A stretch of DNA of 62,080 bases, the filler included, from Candidatus Rokuibacteriota bacterium (GTDB taxonomy: Bacteria; JAUVQV01; DATDCY01), in assembly GCA_031406795.1 (NCBI GenBank). It is 8 parts of 8 records of this genome, joined end to end, with 100 filler letters (N's around TTAATTAATTAA, not from the genome) between each part and the next. Parts side by side here need not be neighbours in the genome. Positions count along the whole stretch, not along the records: positions 1 to 14,728 come from JANOHV010000050.1; positions 14,829 to 17,356 come from JANOHV010000127.1; positions 17,457 to 37,885 come from JANOHV010000128.1; 5 more parts are not named here. The stretch is one strand, 5' to 3'. The position numbers were made by a program, and so were the translations under genes. Shown here one piece after another: positions 10,792 through 19,287 of the stretch. How positions within the stretch are numbered: position 1 is the stretch's first letter; each line of letters starts with the position of its first letter. Under the pieces are notes generated by a model. It searched no databases, was not told the origin of the DNA, and was given only the letters and a program-made list of their open reading frames with translations.

Positions 10792-11547
10792 ATGATCCAA
10801 ATCAAGACGGCAGGGGAGATCGAGCGGATGCGGCAGGCGGGGCAGGCGGTGGCGGAAACCCTGGGAGGGATGCGCGACATGGTGCGCCCGGGACTGACCA
10901 CGCGCGAGTTGGACCGCTACGCCGAAGATGCGCTGCGCTCCCGCGGGATGCGCCCGGCCTTCAAGGGGTACCGCGGTTTCCCGGCGAGCATCTGCGCCTC
11001 CCCGAACGAGGTGGTTGTCCACGGGTTCCCTTCGGACCGCCCCCTCGTCGAGGGCGACATCCTCAGTCTGGACCTGGGTGCGGAGTATCAGGGGTACTTC
11101 GGCGACGCGGCGCTGACGGTCCCCGTCGGGCGGGTCTTGCCCGAGGCGGAGCGTCTGCTGCGCGTGACCGAGGAGGCGTTGCGCCGCGGGCTGGAGCAGG
11201 CGCGGCCGGGCAACCGGCTCCACGACATTTCGTGGGCGATCCAGAGTTTCGCCGAGGAGGCCGGGTTCGGGGTGGTTCGCGAGTACGTGGGTCACGGCAT
11301 CGGGCGGTCCATGCACGAGGACCCGCAGGTCCCGAATTTCGGCCGGGCGGGCAGCGGACCGCGGCTGCAGGCCGGCATGGTTCTGGCCATCGAGCCGATG
11401 ATCAACGCCGGCACGGCGGCGGTCGAGCTCCTTGAGGACGGTTGGACGGTAGTGACCGCCGATCGGCGTCTCTCGGCGCATTTCGAGCACACAGTGGCGA
11501 TCCGGGAGGAGGGTCCGGAGATCCTGACCCTCCCGTCACGGTCGTAG
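10792..11547 (+). CDS. map: Methionine aminopeptidase type I
   Basis: NEVVVHG, GHGIG..HEDP, AIEPM, SAHFEHT. Confidence 0.98.
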   Translation: MIQIKTAGEIERMRQAGQAVAETLGGMRDMVRPGLTTRELDRYAEDALRSRGMRPAFKGYRGFPASICASPNEVVVHGFPSDRPLVEGDILSLDLGAEYQGYFGDAALTVPVGRVLPEAERLLRVTEEALRRGLEQARPGNRLHDISWAIQSFAEEAGFGVVREYVGHGIGRSMHEDPQVPNFGRAGSGPRLQAGMVLAIEPMINAGTAAVELLEDGWTVVTADRRLSAHFEHTVAIREEGPEILTLPSRS

Positions 11548-11562
11548 GAAGAAGGCAAGAGC

Positions 11563-11781
11563 ATGGCGAAGGAAGAACCGATCGAGGTCGAGGGCACCAT
11601 CGTCGAGCCGCTCCCGAATGCGATGTTTCGGGTCGAGCTCGAGGGGGGGCACCGGATTCTTGCCTATATTTCTGGTAAGATGCGGATGCACTATATCCGG
11701 ATCCTCCCCGGGGACAAAGTCAAGATGGAGCTCTCGCCCTACGACTTGAGTCGCGGCCGGATCGTGTTCCGGTACAAATAG
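11563..11781 (+). CDS. infA: Translation initiation factor IF-1
   Basis: [26 protein letters not shown]. Confidence 0.99.
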   Translation: MAKEEPIEVEGTIVEPLPNAMFRVELEGGHRILAYISGKMRMHYIRILPGDKVKMELSPYDLSRGRIVFRYK

Positions 11782-11810
11782 GGCTAGGGCGTCAAGGAGG
11801 CGAGGGACGC

Positions 11811-11924
11811 ATGAAGGTCAGATCGTCGGTGAAGAAGATTTGTGACAAGTGCAAGGTCGTCCGCCGCAAGGGCGTGGTGCGGGTGATCTGCGACAACCCC
11901 AAGCACAAGCAGCGTCAGGGCTAA
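11811..11924 (+). CDS. rpmJ: 50S ribosomal protein L36 (absent from ORF track)
   Basis: Translated by hand: [46 protein letters not shown]. Confidence 0.98.
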   Translation: MKVRSSVKKICDKCKVVRRKGVVRVICDNPKHKQRQG

Positions 11925-11961
11925 CGCGGACACGCGTCCCCAGCAAGGAGGGCATTGGACG

Positions 11962-12351
11962 GTGGCTCGTATAGCGGGAGTGGATCTGCCTCGGGAGAAG
12001 CGCGTCGAAATCGCGCTGACTTACATTTTTGGGATCGGACGCACGACGTCCAACAAGATTCTGGCGGCGGCGAACGTCAGCCCGGACATCCGGGTGAAGG
12101 ACCTCTCCGAGGACCAGGTCAGCCGCGTCCGCCTCGTCATCGACCAGAACACCAAGGTCGAGGGCGAGTTGCGCAAAGAGATATCCCTCAACATCAAACG
12201 CCTGATGGACATCGGCAGCTACCGCGGGCTGCGTCACCGGCGCAATCTGCCGGTGCGCGGTCAGCGTACGCATACCAACGCCCGGACCCGCCGCGGGAAG
12301 AAGCGGGCGATCATCCGGAAGAAGCCCACAACCGCGCCGGCCAAGGGCTAG
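11962..12351 (+). CDS. rpsM: 30S ribosomal protein S13
   Basis: [34 protein letters not shown]. Confidence 0.99.
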   Translation: MARIAGVDLPREKRVEIALTYIFGIGRTTSNKILAAANVSPDIRVKDLSEDQVSRVRLVIDQNTKVEGELRKEISLNIKRLMDIGSYRGLRHRRNLPVRGQRTHTNARTRRGKKRAIIRKKPTTAPAKG

Positions 12352-12384
12352 TGCGGCGGCCAACGCGAGCGAGGACGAACGAGC

Positions 12385-12783
12385 ATGTCGAAGGATAGGG
12401 TTCGCAAGAGTACCCGCAAGAAGAAGGAAAAGAAGAACGTTCCGACCGGCCTGGCCCACGTCCAGTCGACGTTCAACAACACCATCATCACGATCACCGA
12501 CCTCGAGGGCCGCGTGGTCTCATGGTCGAGTTCCGGCGCCATGGGCTTCAAGGGTTCCCGCAAGGGCACCCCGTTCGCGGCGCAGGTCGCGGGCGAGGAC
12601 TCGGCGCGCAAGGCCAAGGAGCACGGCGTCAAGCGCGTCGAGGTCTACGTGAAGGGCCCGGGTTCGGGTCGCGAGGCCGCGATTCGCTCGCTGCAGGCCG
12701 CCGGATTGCAGGTGAGCATCATCAAGGACGTGACACCGATCCCCCACAACGGCTGCCGCCCGCCCAAGCGCCGTCGGGTCTAG
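12385..12783 (+). CDS. rpsK: 30S ribosomal protein S11
   Basis: [38 protein letters not shown]. Confidence 0.99.
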   Translation: MSKDRVRKSTRKKKEKKNVPTGLAHVQSTFNNTIITITDLEGRVVSWSSSGAMGFKGSRKGTPFAAQVAGEDSARKAKEHGVKRVEVYVKGPGSGREAAIRSLQAAGLQVSIIKDVTPIPHNGCRPPKRRRV

Positions 12784-12840
12784 GGCGCGGGGCTGTCCAG
12801 GGCGGGTTCGAACGGGAACGGGAGCCGAGAGGAGGAACAG

Positions 12841-13467
12841 ATGGCGAGATATCGTGGAGCGGTCTGCAGAATTTGCCGCCGCGAGGGTATGAAGCTCTTT
12901 CTCAAGGGAGAGCGGTGTTACGGGACGAAGTGCTCGATCGAGCGGCGCGCGTACGCGCCGGGGCAGCACGGTCAGCGGCAGCGCAAGGTGTCCGATTACG
13001 GGCTGCGCCTGCGCGAGAAGCAGAAGGTCAAGCACATGTACGGGCTGCAGGAGACGCAGTTCCGCAACTACTTCATCAAGGCGGCGGCCTCGCGCGGGAT
13101 CACCGGCGAGGTGCTGATCCAGTCGCTCGAACGGCGACTGGACAACGTGGCCTACCGCTGCGGCTACGCCGGATCGCGGCGTGAGGCCCGCCAGCTCGTG
13201 CTGCACGGGACGCTGCTCGTCAACGGCAAGGCGGTGAACATCCCGTCGTATCTCGTCCGCAAGGACGACCGCGTCGAGCCGGTTTCCGGCCACAAGCGGA
13301 CGGCCGCGATGAAGGAAGCAGTCGAAGTGGCGCAGCACCGCGGGATGCCGTCCTGGATCGAGTTCGACCGGGACAAGCTCGTCGGCCGGATCATCGGCCT
13401 GCCGAGCCGCGACGGGGTCGGGCTGGTCGTGAAGGAACAGCTCATTGTCGAGCTTTACTCCAAGTAG
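12841..13467 (+). CDS. rpsD: 30S ribosomal protein S4 (Cys-containing form)
   Basis: CRICRREG..LFLKGERC, LREKQK, ERRLDNV, IVELYSK. Confidence 0.99.
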   Translation: MARYRGAVCRICRREGMKLFLKGERCYGTKCSIERRAYAPGQHGQRQRKVSDYGLRLREKQKVKHMYGLQETQFRNYFIKAAASRGITGEVLIQSLERRLDNVAYRCGYAGSRREARQLVLHGTLLVNGKAVNIPSYLVRKDDRVEPVSGHKRTAAMKEAVEVAQHRGMPSWIEFDRDKLVGRIIGLPSRDGVGLVVKEQLIVELYSK

Positions 13468-13494
13468 CCGCTGCACCGGCAAGGAGCGAACGAT

Positions 13495-14493
13495 ATGGAA
13501 AAAGGCGTGATCACCAAACCGAAGCGGCTCGAGGTCGATTCCGAGACTCTCACCGCCTCCTACGGCAAGTTTACCGCCGAGCCCCTGGAACGCGGGTTCG
13601 GCACGACCATCGGCAACAGCCTGCGCCGTGTGCTGCTCTCCTCGATCCAGGGTGCGGCAGTCACGAGCATGCGGATCGACGGGGTCTCGCACGAGTTCTC
13701 GTCGCTGCCGGGCATGAAGGAGGACATCGCGGATTTCGTCCTCAATGTCAAGCAGCTGCGCGTCAAACTGCACGGCAGCGAGCCGCGGGTCATCCGGATC
13801 GACGCGACCGGTCCGCGGGAAGTCAAGGCCGGGGACATCACCACCGACCCGCACGTCGAGGTGCTCAACAAGGGTCTGCACCTCGCGACCCTCAACGGCG
13901 ACGGCAAGCTCAAGGTCGAGCTGACCGTCAAGCCCGGCCGCGGCTTCTCCGTCGCCGAGCGCAACAAGGAGGAGTCGCAGCCGCTCGGGGTGATCGTCAT
14001 CGACGCCTTCTTCACGCCTATCGAGCGCGTGAACTATCGTGTCGAGAACGCCCGCGTCGGCCAGGCCACCGACTACGATCGTCTCGTGATCGAGGTCTGG
14101 ACCAACGGCGGCGTGGGCCCCGAGGAGGCGCTCGCGCACGCCGGCCGCATCCTGCGCGAGCACCTGGCGATCTTCGTCGGCGACGAGGAGGAGTTCGTCT
14201 CGGAGGACCGCAGCGGTGAGGTCATCGGCGAGGACGCGCTGCGGAACCTTGACCGCAGCGTCAACGAGCTCGAACTCTCGGTGCGCGCCGCCAACTGCCT
14301 GAAGAACGTCGAACTGCAGACGATTCGCGACTTGGTGCTCAAGAGCGAGAACGAGATGCTCAAGACCAAGAACTTCGGGCGCAAGTCACTCAACGAGATC
14401 AAGGAAGTCCTGGAGCAGATGGGGCTGCGCCTCGGCATGAAGCCCGAGGACCTTGAGCCACGCGGCGAGAAGGAAGTCGAGGACGCCGAGTAG
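13495..14493 (+). CDS. rpoA: RNA polymerase subunit alpha
   Basis: EPLERGFGTTIGNSLRRVLLSS, ELSVRAANCL, NFGRKSLNEIK. Confidence 0.99.
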   Translation: MEKGVITKPKRLEVDSETLTASYGKFTAEPLERGFGTTIGNSLRRVLLSSIQGAAVTSMRIDGVSHEFSSLPGMKEDIADFVLNVKQLRVKLHGSEPRVIRIDATGPREVKAGDITTDPHVEVLNKGLHLATLNGDGKLKVELTVKPGRGFSVAERNKEESQPLGVIVIDAFFTPIERVNYRVENARVGQATDYDRLVIEVWTNGGVGPEEALAHAGRILREHLAIFVGDEEEFVSEDRSGEVIGEDALRNLDRSVNELELSVRAANCLKNVELQTIRDLVLKSENEMLKTKNFGRKSLNEIKEVLEQMGLRLGMKPEDLEPRGEKEVEDAE

Positions 14494-14524
14494 GGCGCCG
14501 TCGGCAACCCGGTAAGGAGCAAGC

Positions 14525-14728
14525 ATGCGACATCGTATCGAAACAAGGAAGCTCGGGCGCTCGTCGAGTCATCGCGACGCGATGCTGCGGAACATGGTGA
14601 CCTCCCTGATCGACAAGGGCCGGATCACCACGACCCTCGAGAAGGCCAAGGTGCTGCGCCGGGTGGCCGACCGGTTGGTGACGCTCGGCAAGCTGGGTGA
14701 CTTGGCCGCGCGCCGGCGCGCCGGCTCG
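14525..14728 (+). CDS. rplQ: 50S ribosomal protein L17 (3' truncated at contig end)
   Basis: [27 protein letters not shown]. Confidence 0.97.
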
Positions 14729-14828
14729 NNNNNNNNNNNNNNNNNNNNNNNNNNNNNNNNNNNNNNNNNNNNTTAATTAATTAANNNNNNNNNNNNNNNN
14801 NNNNNNNNNNNNNNNNNNNNNNNNNNNN
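14729..14828. other. Artificial contig-joining spacer
   Basis: 100 nt: N-run, TTAATTAATTAA (stops in all six frames), N-run; identical design recurs 7 times. Confidence 0.98.
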
Positions 14829-15233
14829 GAGCCGGTCGAAGGGCAGGGGACTGCGACGGTGCTGGTCGGCGAAAAGCGCTTCACGGTCCCGCTGAAGGAC
14901 CTTGCGCGTCGCGCGGAGACCCCGGCCGGCGGGGTCGTCAAACGTGCTGCGGCAAGGGGACGCTACAGCTACGCGGTCCCGGAGATCGCGACGACGACCC
15001 TCGATCTTCGCGGGCAGCGCGCCGAGGCGGCGCTCGCCGAACTCGAACGCTTCCTCGATGCCGCGGTGCTCAACGGCATCGCGCGGGTTTCGATCCTGCA
15101 CGGGAAGGGGACGGGACGGCTTGCCGATGCCGTGCGCAAAGTCCTGGGCGAAGACCGTCGGGTGACCTCGTTCGCGTTCGCGCCGCTCGAGCAGGGCGGC
15201 GCCGGTATCACCGAGGTGACCTTGTCGGCCTGA
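14829..15233 (+). CDS. mutS2: MutS2 family protein C-terminus (KOW + Smr domain), 5' truncated
   Basis: Frame open from the contig edge; LDLRGQR..A..LE.FLD, ILHGKGTGRL, GGAGIT Smr motifs. Confidence 0.85.
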   Translation, partial: EPVEGQGTATVLVGEKRFTVPLKDLARRAETPAGGVVKRAAARGRYSYAVPEIATTTLDLRGQRAEAALAELERFLDAAVLNGIARVSILHGKGTGRLADAVRKVLGEDRRVTSFAFAPLEQGGAGITEVTLSA

Positions 15234-15285
15234 GAGAGTACTGCTGCGGTGCCCGAGGTCTCAGCCTCCGATCTGCCACGCGCGA

Positions 15286-15393
15286 CCGCACCTTGATCGT
15301 CTTCCTCTTGTGCTCGTCGGTGAGGTGTATGTACCTCTTGAGCTAGGTCTCGTTGCCCAGCATCTCGCCGACCGTGGACAGTTCAACGTCAAC
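15286..15393 (-). pseudogene. Degraded C-terminal fragment of a tyrosine recombinase/integrase
   Basis: Minus strand reads VDVELSTVGEMLGNET*LKRYIHLTDEHKRKTIKVR, resembling integrase box II (L.TV.ELLGH...T.RY.H); in-frame TAG at 15343-15345. Confidence 0.6.
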
Positions 15394-15488
15394 AGGTAGG
15401 CTTTCACGGTCTTCGCCTCTCCAATGAGAAAAGTGTGACTTCCTGAGGATGTCAGATGGCCGGCAGTCTGTGCAGGAGTTCTCGAACG

Positions 15489-15998
15489 CTATTCACGCCT
15501 CATGACACGTGCCACAAAACGCTCGACGATCTCCCGGGTGATGTGCGTGGGATTCGTCCCGTGAATCTTTTCAGCGACGGCGACCGCCCGTTTCGGACTG
15601 AGACCGTGGGATGTTACGAGCTCCACCATCAGCTCCAGCCCCCACACGGCCCTGATACCGGCGGTCGCGCACGCTTTCCGGAGGGCCCGGTCGTTGGTGG
15701 CGCACTCCCAGCCTTCCTTCTTCGCGATGAGGAGGCAGAGGTGATCCTTGAACGAAAGTTGTCCTCCAGCGGCTGTAGCTTCCATGACTTGATCCAGATC
15801 CGGTTCGACAATCTGGAGGCCAAGCCGCGTACATTCAGCCGGGTCAAGCCCCTTGACCTCCTCAGCCACGGTGACGCTTGTGACGTGCAGGACACCGACA
15901 TGGCGGCCGGCCAGCTGGAGAATTGATTCGTCGGTCTTCAGGTAGTCGATGAGGACGTCGGCGTCGACCAGCAGATGACGCTTCGGCCGCGGAGCCAC
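15489..15998 (-). CDS. PIN-domain protein (putative RNase toxin)
   Basis: LLVDADVLIDY, V.EEV, LSFKDHLCL, ATNDRALRK: PIN-fold acidic residues; GTG start 4 nt after the upstream stop. Confidence 0.8.
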   Translation of the reverse strand: MAPRPKRHLLVDADVLIDYLKTDESILQLAGRHVGVLHVTSVTVAEEVKGLDPAECTRLGLQIVEPDLDQVMEATAAGGQLSFKDHLCLLIAKKEGWECATNDRALRKACATAGIRAVWGLELMVELVTSHGLSPKRAVAVAEKIHGTNPTHITREIVERFVARVMRRE

Positions 15999-16002
15999 AG
16001 GC

Positions 16003-17151
16003 TCACCCGGCCCACGACGCCGCAAGCTCCCGCATGTCCTCAGGGGGACAACGCAGGATCTCGCCACCGCGGGACAGGCTGATCACTCCGCGCTCAACGC
16101 CGACCCGCACCAGGCGCTGCAGGCGATCGACCGTGAAGTCGATCTTCAAGAGGTGCTCCGGCTCCTGAGATGCAAGACCCTCCGGAAAGCTAGCCCGGAA
16201 GGCGTCGCCCACCAGCGCGTTTGGCTCATCATCGCGCAAGAGGGTCTTTCCGTAGCGCCGACGATGGTCCGCCTGGAAACGCATCCATACCCCGCGGTCA
16301 CCCTGCTGGGAAAGGCGATAGAGAACCGTCCGGTAGCTCACGAGGAACATGCGCTTGATCTTGAGTACCCTGTCGACGAACGCCAATCCGCTGGTTTCCG
16401 CCCACTCTTTGTCAAAGACCCGGTGCGGCATCAGGAAGGCGCTAGCGAACGCGTTGGCCTCGACCTCATGCTCTTCTGACTCGTCGGTTTTCCCGACATC
16501 GTAGTCCGCAAGGTGCAGCACGAGATGTCCGAGTTCGTGCGCTGCAGTGAAGATCCACCGCTCGACGGAGATACGATCCCAGGTGTTCACGACGATCGCC
16601 GGGCCGCCGTCGGAGGGGGCGACCGATAAGCCGAAGAAGTGCGGTGATGCGACGGGCACCCCCCGCACCTTGATCCCGCGTGCCTCGAGCAGTCCGCAGA
16701 TGTCACGAATCGGCTCGTCCTCACCCAAGTCGATAGCTTCACGGATTCGGGAAGCGGTCCGACCAGGAAGATCTTTCGCTTTTCGGTCGCGAACGACGAT
16801 TTCACGAAGGGAATAGGGAACACGGTCGCCGAGGAGTCCCTCAAGAGTGTTGAAATCTTCAAGCCACCGGCCGGCATCGGCGAGAATCTGACCGCGGTTA
16901 CGCAACTTCTTCAGCGACCGGAATCTAACAGCCTTGAGTTCGCGGACCGGGGCCGCGAGATCCTGGATTCCGACGCCGAGCGCCTCAGCAAGAGACTGAA
17001 GGGTGTTAACCCGCGGCACCGATACGCCGCTCTCAATCTTGCGGTAGGCAGCGAGAGAGAGACCGGCCCCCTCCGCGACGGCCGTCATGGTGAGCGATCC
17101 GGCCGACCGTAACCGGCGGATGTTGGCAGATATGGCGTCGATGTTTTTCAT
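16003..17151 (-). CDS. XRE-family HTH fused to ImmA/IrrE (M78) metallopeptidase
   Basis: N-terminal HTH (NIRRLR..LT..VAE..GLS..YRKIESG); RWIFTAAHELGHL HExxH, EVEANAFASAFLMP. Confidence 0.92.
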   Translation of the reverse strand: MKNIDAISANIRRLRSAGSLTMTAVAEGAGLSLAAYRKIESGVSVPRVNTLQSLAEALGVGIQDLAAPVRELKAVRFRSLKKLRNRGQILADAGRWLEDFNTLEGLLGDRVPYSLREIVVRDRKAKDLPGRTASRIREAIDLGEDEPIRDICGLLEARGIKVRGVPVASPHFFGLSVAPSDGGPAIVVNTWDRISVERWIFTAAHELGHLVLHLADYDVGKTDESEEHEVEANAFASAFLMPHRVFDKEWAETSGLAFVDRVLKIKRMFLVSYRTVLYRLSQQGDRGVWMRFQADHRRRYGKTLLRDDEPNALVGDAFRASFPEGLASQEPEHLLKIDFTVDRLQRLVRVGVERGVISLSRGGEILRCPPEDMRELAASWAG

Positions 17152-17161
17152 GGTGCTGTAC

Positions 17162-17206
17162 CTAAAGTATGCTTCGAGTCAGTTATTGTCAACATGGATA
17201 CTTTAG
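17162..17206 (-). promoter_or_regulatory. Sigma70-type promoter with overlapping 9-bp inverted-repeat operator
   Basis: Minus strand TTGACA (17192-17187), 17 nt, TACTTT (17169-17164); perfect IR CTAAAGTAT (17162-17170) / ATACTTTAG (17198-17206). Confidence 0.7.
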
Positions 17207-17356
17207 CTCGCCCTGAACGGATCCTTCTGTCCGGTTTCTGCCTTCACACGTTGACCCTGTGGGTCGGGGCCTTGTTTTCACTTCCTTGGCGCGTTGGGGG
17301 GCTTGTTCAGTTTGCGTTTTTGCCAATCACAAATCACGTATGAACCGTAAGGCACC

Positions 17357-17456
17357 NNNNNNNNNNNNNNNNNNNNNNNNNNNNNNNNNNNNNNNNNNNN
17401 TTAATTAATTAANNNNNNNNNNNNNNNNNNNNNNNNNNNNNNNNNNNNNNNNNNNN
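17357..17456. other. Artificial contig-joining spacer
   Basis: N-run + TTAATTAATTAA + N-run, 100 nt. Confidence 0.98.
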
Positions 17457-17781
17457 GCTCGATGGTCATGATGCGGGTCGGGATCTGGCGGAAGACGGCG
17501 CTCACGCCGTTGGTCTGACGGAAATAGTTGGCGCGGAAGCGGCCGATATCGGCCAGCTCATAGGCGAAATCGACATCCCCCGTCTGCTCGAACTGCTGGA
17601 GCTTGTTCGCCGGGGCGACCTCGGCGAGCATCGCCATCAGCTCGTCGGTGCCGAGCTCCTTGAATTTCACCGGCTCGAGCTCGCCCTGGATGCGCAGGCA
17701 GGGGGCACACCCGGCCGACAGATGCAGGTCGGACGCGTTTTGCGCATGCATCAACCTGAAGAACGCGTCAATCTTCGCCAT
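17457..17781 (-). CDS. pilT: Type IV pilus retraction ATPase PilT/PilU, N-terminal part (3' truncated)
   Basis: MAKIDAFF, ASDLHLSAG..P.LRI.GEL, DVDFAYE, RFRANYFRQ..G.SAVFR.IP. Confidence 0.9.
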
Positions 17782-17793
17782 CGTTTACCGTTC

Positions 17794-17959
17794 GCCCGGG
17801 TCGCTGAGGAGGGCTTTTTGCGCCCTGGCGGCGGTGGTGACGTTGCCCCCTGCGAGCGAAGCGAGTGGGGGGAACGTGCGGCGGGCACCAGCCCGCCTCC
17901 GCGCGCCCATCCCCCCGGCCTTGCCAGGACGCAAAAATCCGCTCCTGATCGACTCGGGC
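17794..17959. repeat. MITE/REP-like element with ~36-bp imperfect terminal inverted repeats
   Basis: GCCCGGGTCGCTGAGGAGGGCTTTTTGCGCCCTGGC (17794-17829) pairs with 17923-17959; internal GCGAGCGAAGCGAG motif. Confidence 0.75.
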
Positions 17960-17994
17960 AGCTTATCCCCTGACAACGGCGTTCGCATGATCAA

Positions 17995-18023
17995 TTCATA
18001 TTCCCCGCGTAGCACTTTGTCAA
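17995..18023 (-). promoter_or_regulatory. Possible sigma70 promoter for pilT
   Basis: Minus strand TTGACA (18023-18018), 17 nt, TATGAA (18000-17995); the -10 is imperfect. Confidence 0.4.
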
Positions 18024-18045
18024 AGGGGACGAGGCGCACGCCGCA

Positions 18046-18214
18046 TATCCCTTCAATGAACGGTGGCCCAATCAGTACCGTTCGCCCTGAGCCGTGAGCT
18101 TGTCGAACGGTCGAAGGGCGCTTGTATGAAGACTTCCCGTTCGTGGTTAGACCGTTCGTCAAGCTCACGGCTCACCACGAACGGGAAAAGTTACCGCACT
18201 TCACTGAAGGGTTA
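18046..18214. repeat. MITE/REP-like hairpin element, copy 1
   Basis: Ends TATCCCTTCAATGA ... TCACTGAAGGGTTA; colinear with 22892-23036. Confidence 0.85.
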
Positions 18215-18232
18215 CCACGCCGCATCGAGACG

Positions 18233-19066
18233 TTACCGCAGGGGTGCCAGTTCCACCGTTTCGGACTTGATCGGGTGACCCATGAAGATTTCCGCGAGGT
18301 GATCGAAATGCTCGCTCGCGTCGGTGGTCAGGTAGCGGCAGCGGCCGGTTCGCGCGAGGCGTGCGTCCATCTCCGGATGGCGCTCCAGGTAATCCGCGAG
18401 CCGGGGAGCGACCAGGTCATCCTGCGAGAGCACCCGCACCCCGGGCGGCAGCAGCGCCTCGATGCGGCGGCGGATCAGCGGATAGTGCGTGCACCCCAGC
18501 AGCAGCGTGTCGACCGCCCCGCCCTGCCGTCGCGTCAGCTCCCAGTACTTGCCGATGAAGTGGTCGAGACCCGGCCCCGCCAATTCGCCGGCCTCGATCA
18601 GCGGCACCAGCAGCGGGCAGGCCTGCTGGGTCAGGGACACACGCGGCGCGTGCTTGCGCAACTCGATCGCGAAGCTGCCCGACTGCACCGTCCCCTGCGT
18701 CGCCCAGAGGGCCACCGCGCCGGTGGTGGAGTGGGCGTCGACGGCCTCGACCGTCGGGCGGATCACGCCGAGGACGCGCCGGTCCGGGCAGACCGCCGGC
18801 AGGTACTGCTGCTGGATCGAGCGCAACGCCTTGGCCGACGCCGTATTGCAGGCGATGACGACGAGCGGGCAGCCGAGGCCGAAGAGGTGGGCGACTCCCT
18901 CGAGGGTGAAGCGCAGCACCGTCTCGAAGGAGCGATTGCCATACGGCGTGCGCGCATTGTCGCCGAGGTAGACGTAGTCGTGATCCGGCAGCACCTGCCG
19001 GATGCCTTTGAAGATGGTCAGGCCGCCGAAGCCGGAGTCGAAGATGCCGATCGGGCCGCGCGTCAT
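18233..19066 (-). CDS. murI: Glutamate racemase
   Basis: IGIFDSGFGGLT, GDNARTPYG, IACNTAS, LGCTHYP. Confidence 0.97.
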   Translation of the reverse strand: MTRGPIGIFDSGFGGLTIFKGIRQVLPDHDYVYLGDNARTPYGNRSFETVLRFTLEGVAHLFGLGCPLVVIACNTASAKALRSIQQQYLPAVCPDRRVLGVIRPTVEAVDAHSTTGAVALWATQGTVQSGSFAIELRKHAPRVSLTQQACPLLVPLIEAGELAGPGLDHFIGKYWELTRRQGGAVDTLLLGCTHYPLIRRRIEALLPPGVRVLSQDDLVAPRLADYLERHPEMDARLARTGRCRYLTTDASEHFDHLAEIFMGHPIKSETVELAPLR

Positions 19067-19227
19067 ATGATCTCTCGTTTCCGTGCAGGCTGCGGGGTCC
19101 TGTCGCTACGGACCTCCGTCGTGTTTATGCCCCCCGAGCGGGCACTCGCTGCGCTCCGCCGACGGAGACCTCCCCTCCGCGCCACCCCTCCGCCCAGTGA
19201 ATTCTCCATCTCAGTGATTCTTATACC

Positions 19228-19287
19228 GCAGGCCGCTCAAACAGGTCCAGATGCAACGCCGCAGGTGGGCCTGTTTCAGCGGCCTGC
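19228..19287. repeat. Short inverted-repeat (mini-MITE-like) element overlapping the AcpS stop codon
   Basis: GCAGGCCGCTCAAACAGGTCC ... GGGCCTGTTTCAGCGGCCTGC (19/21 paired). Confidence 0.7.

Noticed and set aside
19085-19200. CTCCGTCG/CGACGGAG stem upstream of murI
   Set aside because: Only an 8-bp stem in GC-rich DNA with no second copy in the window; too weak to call
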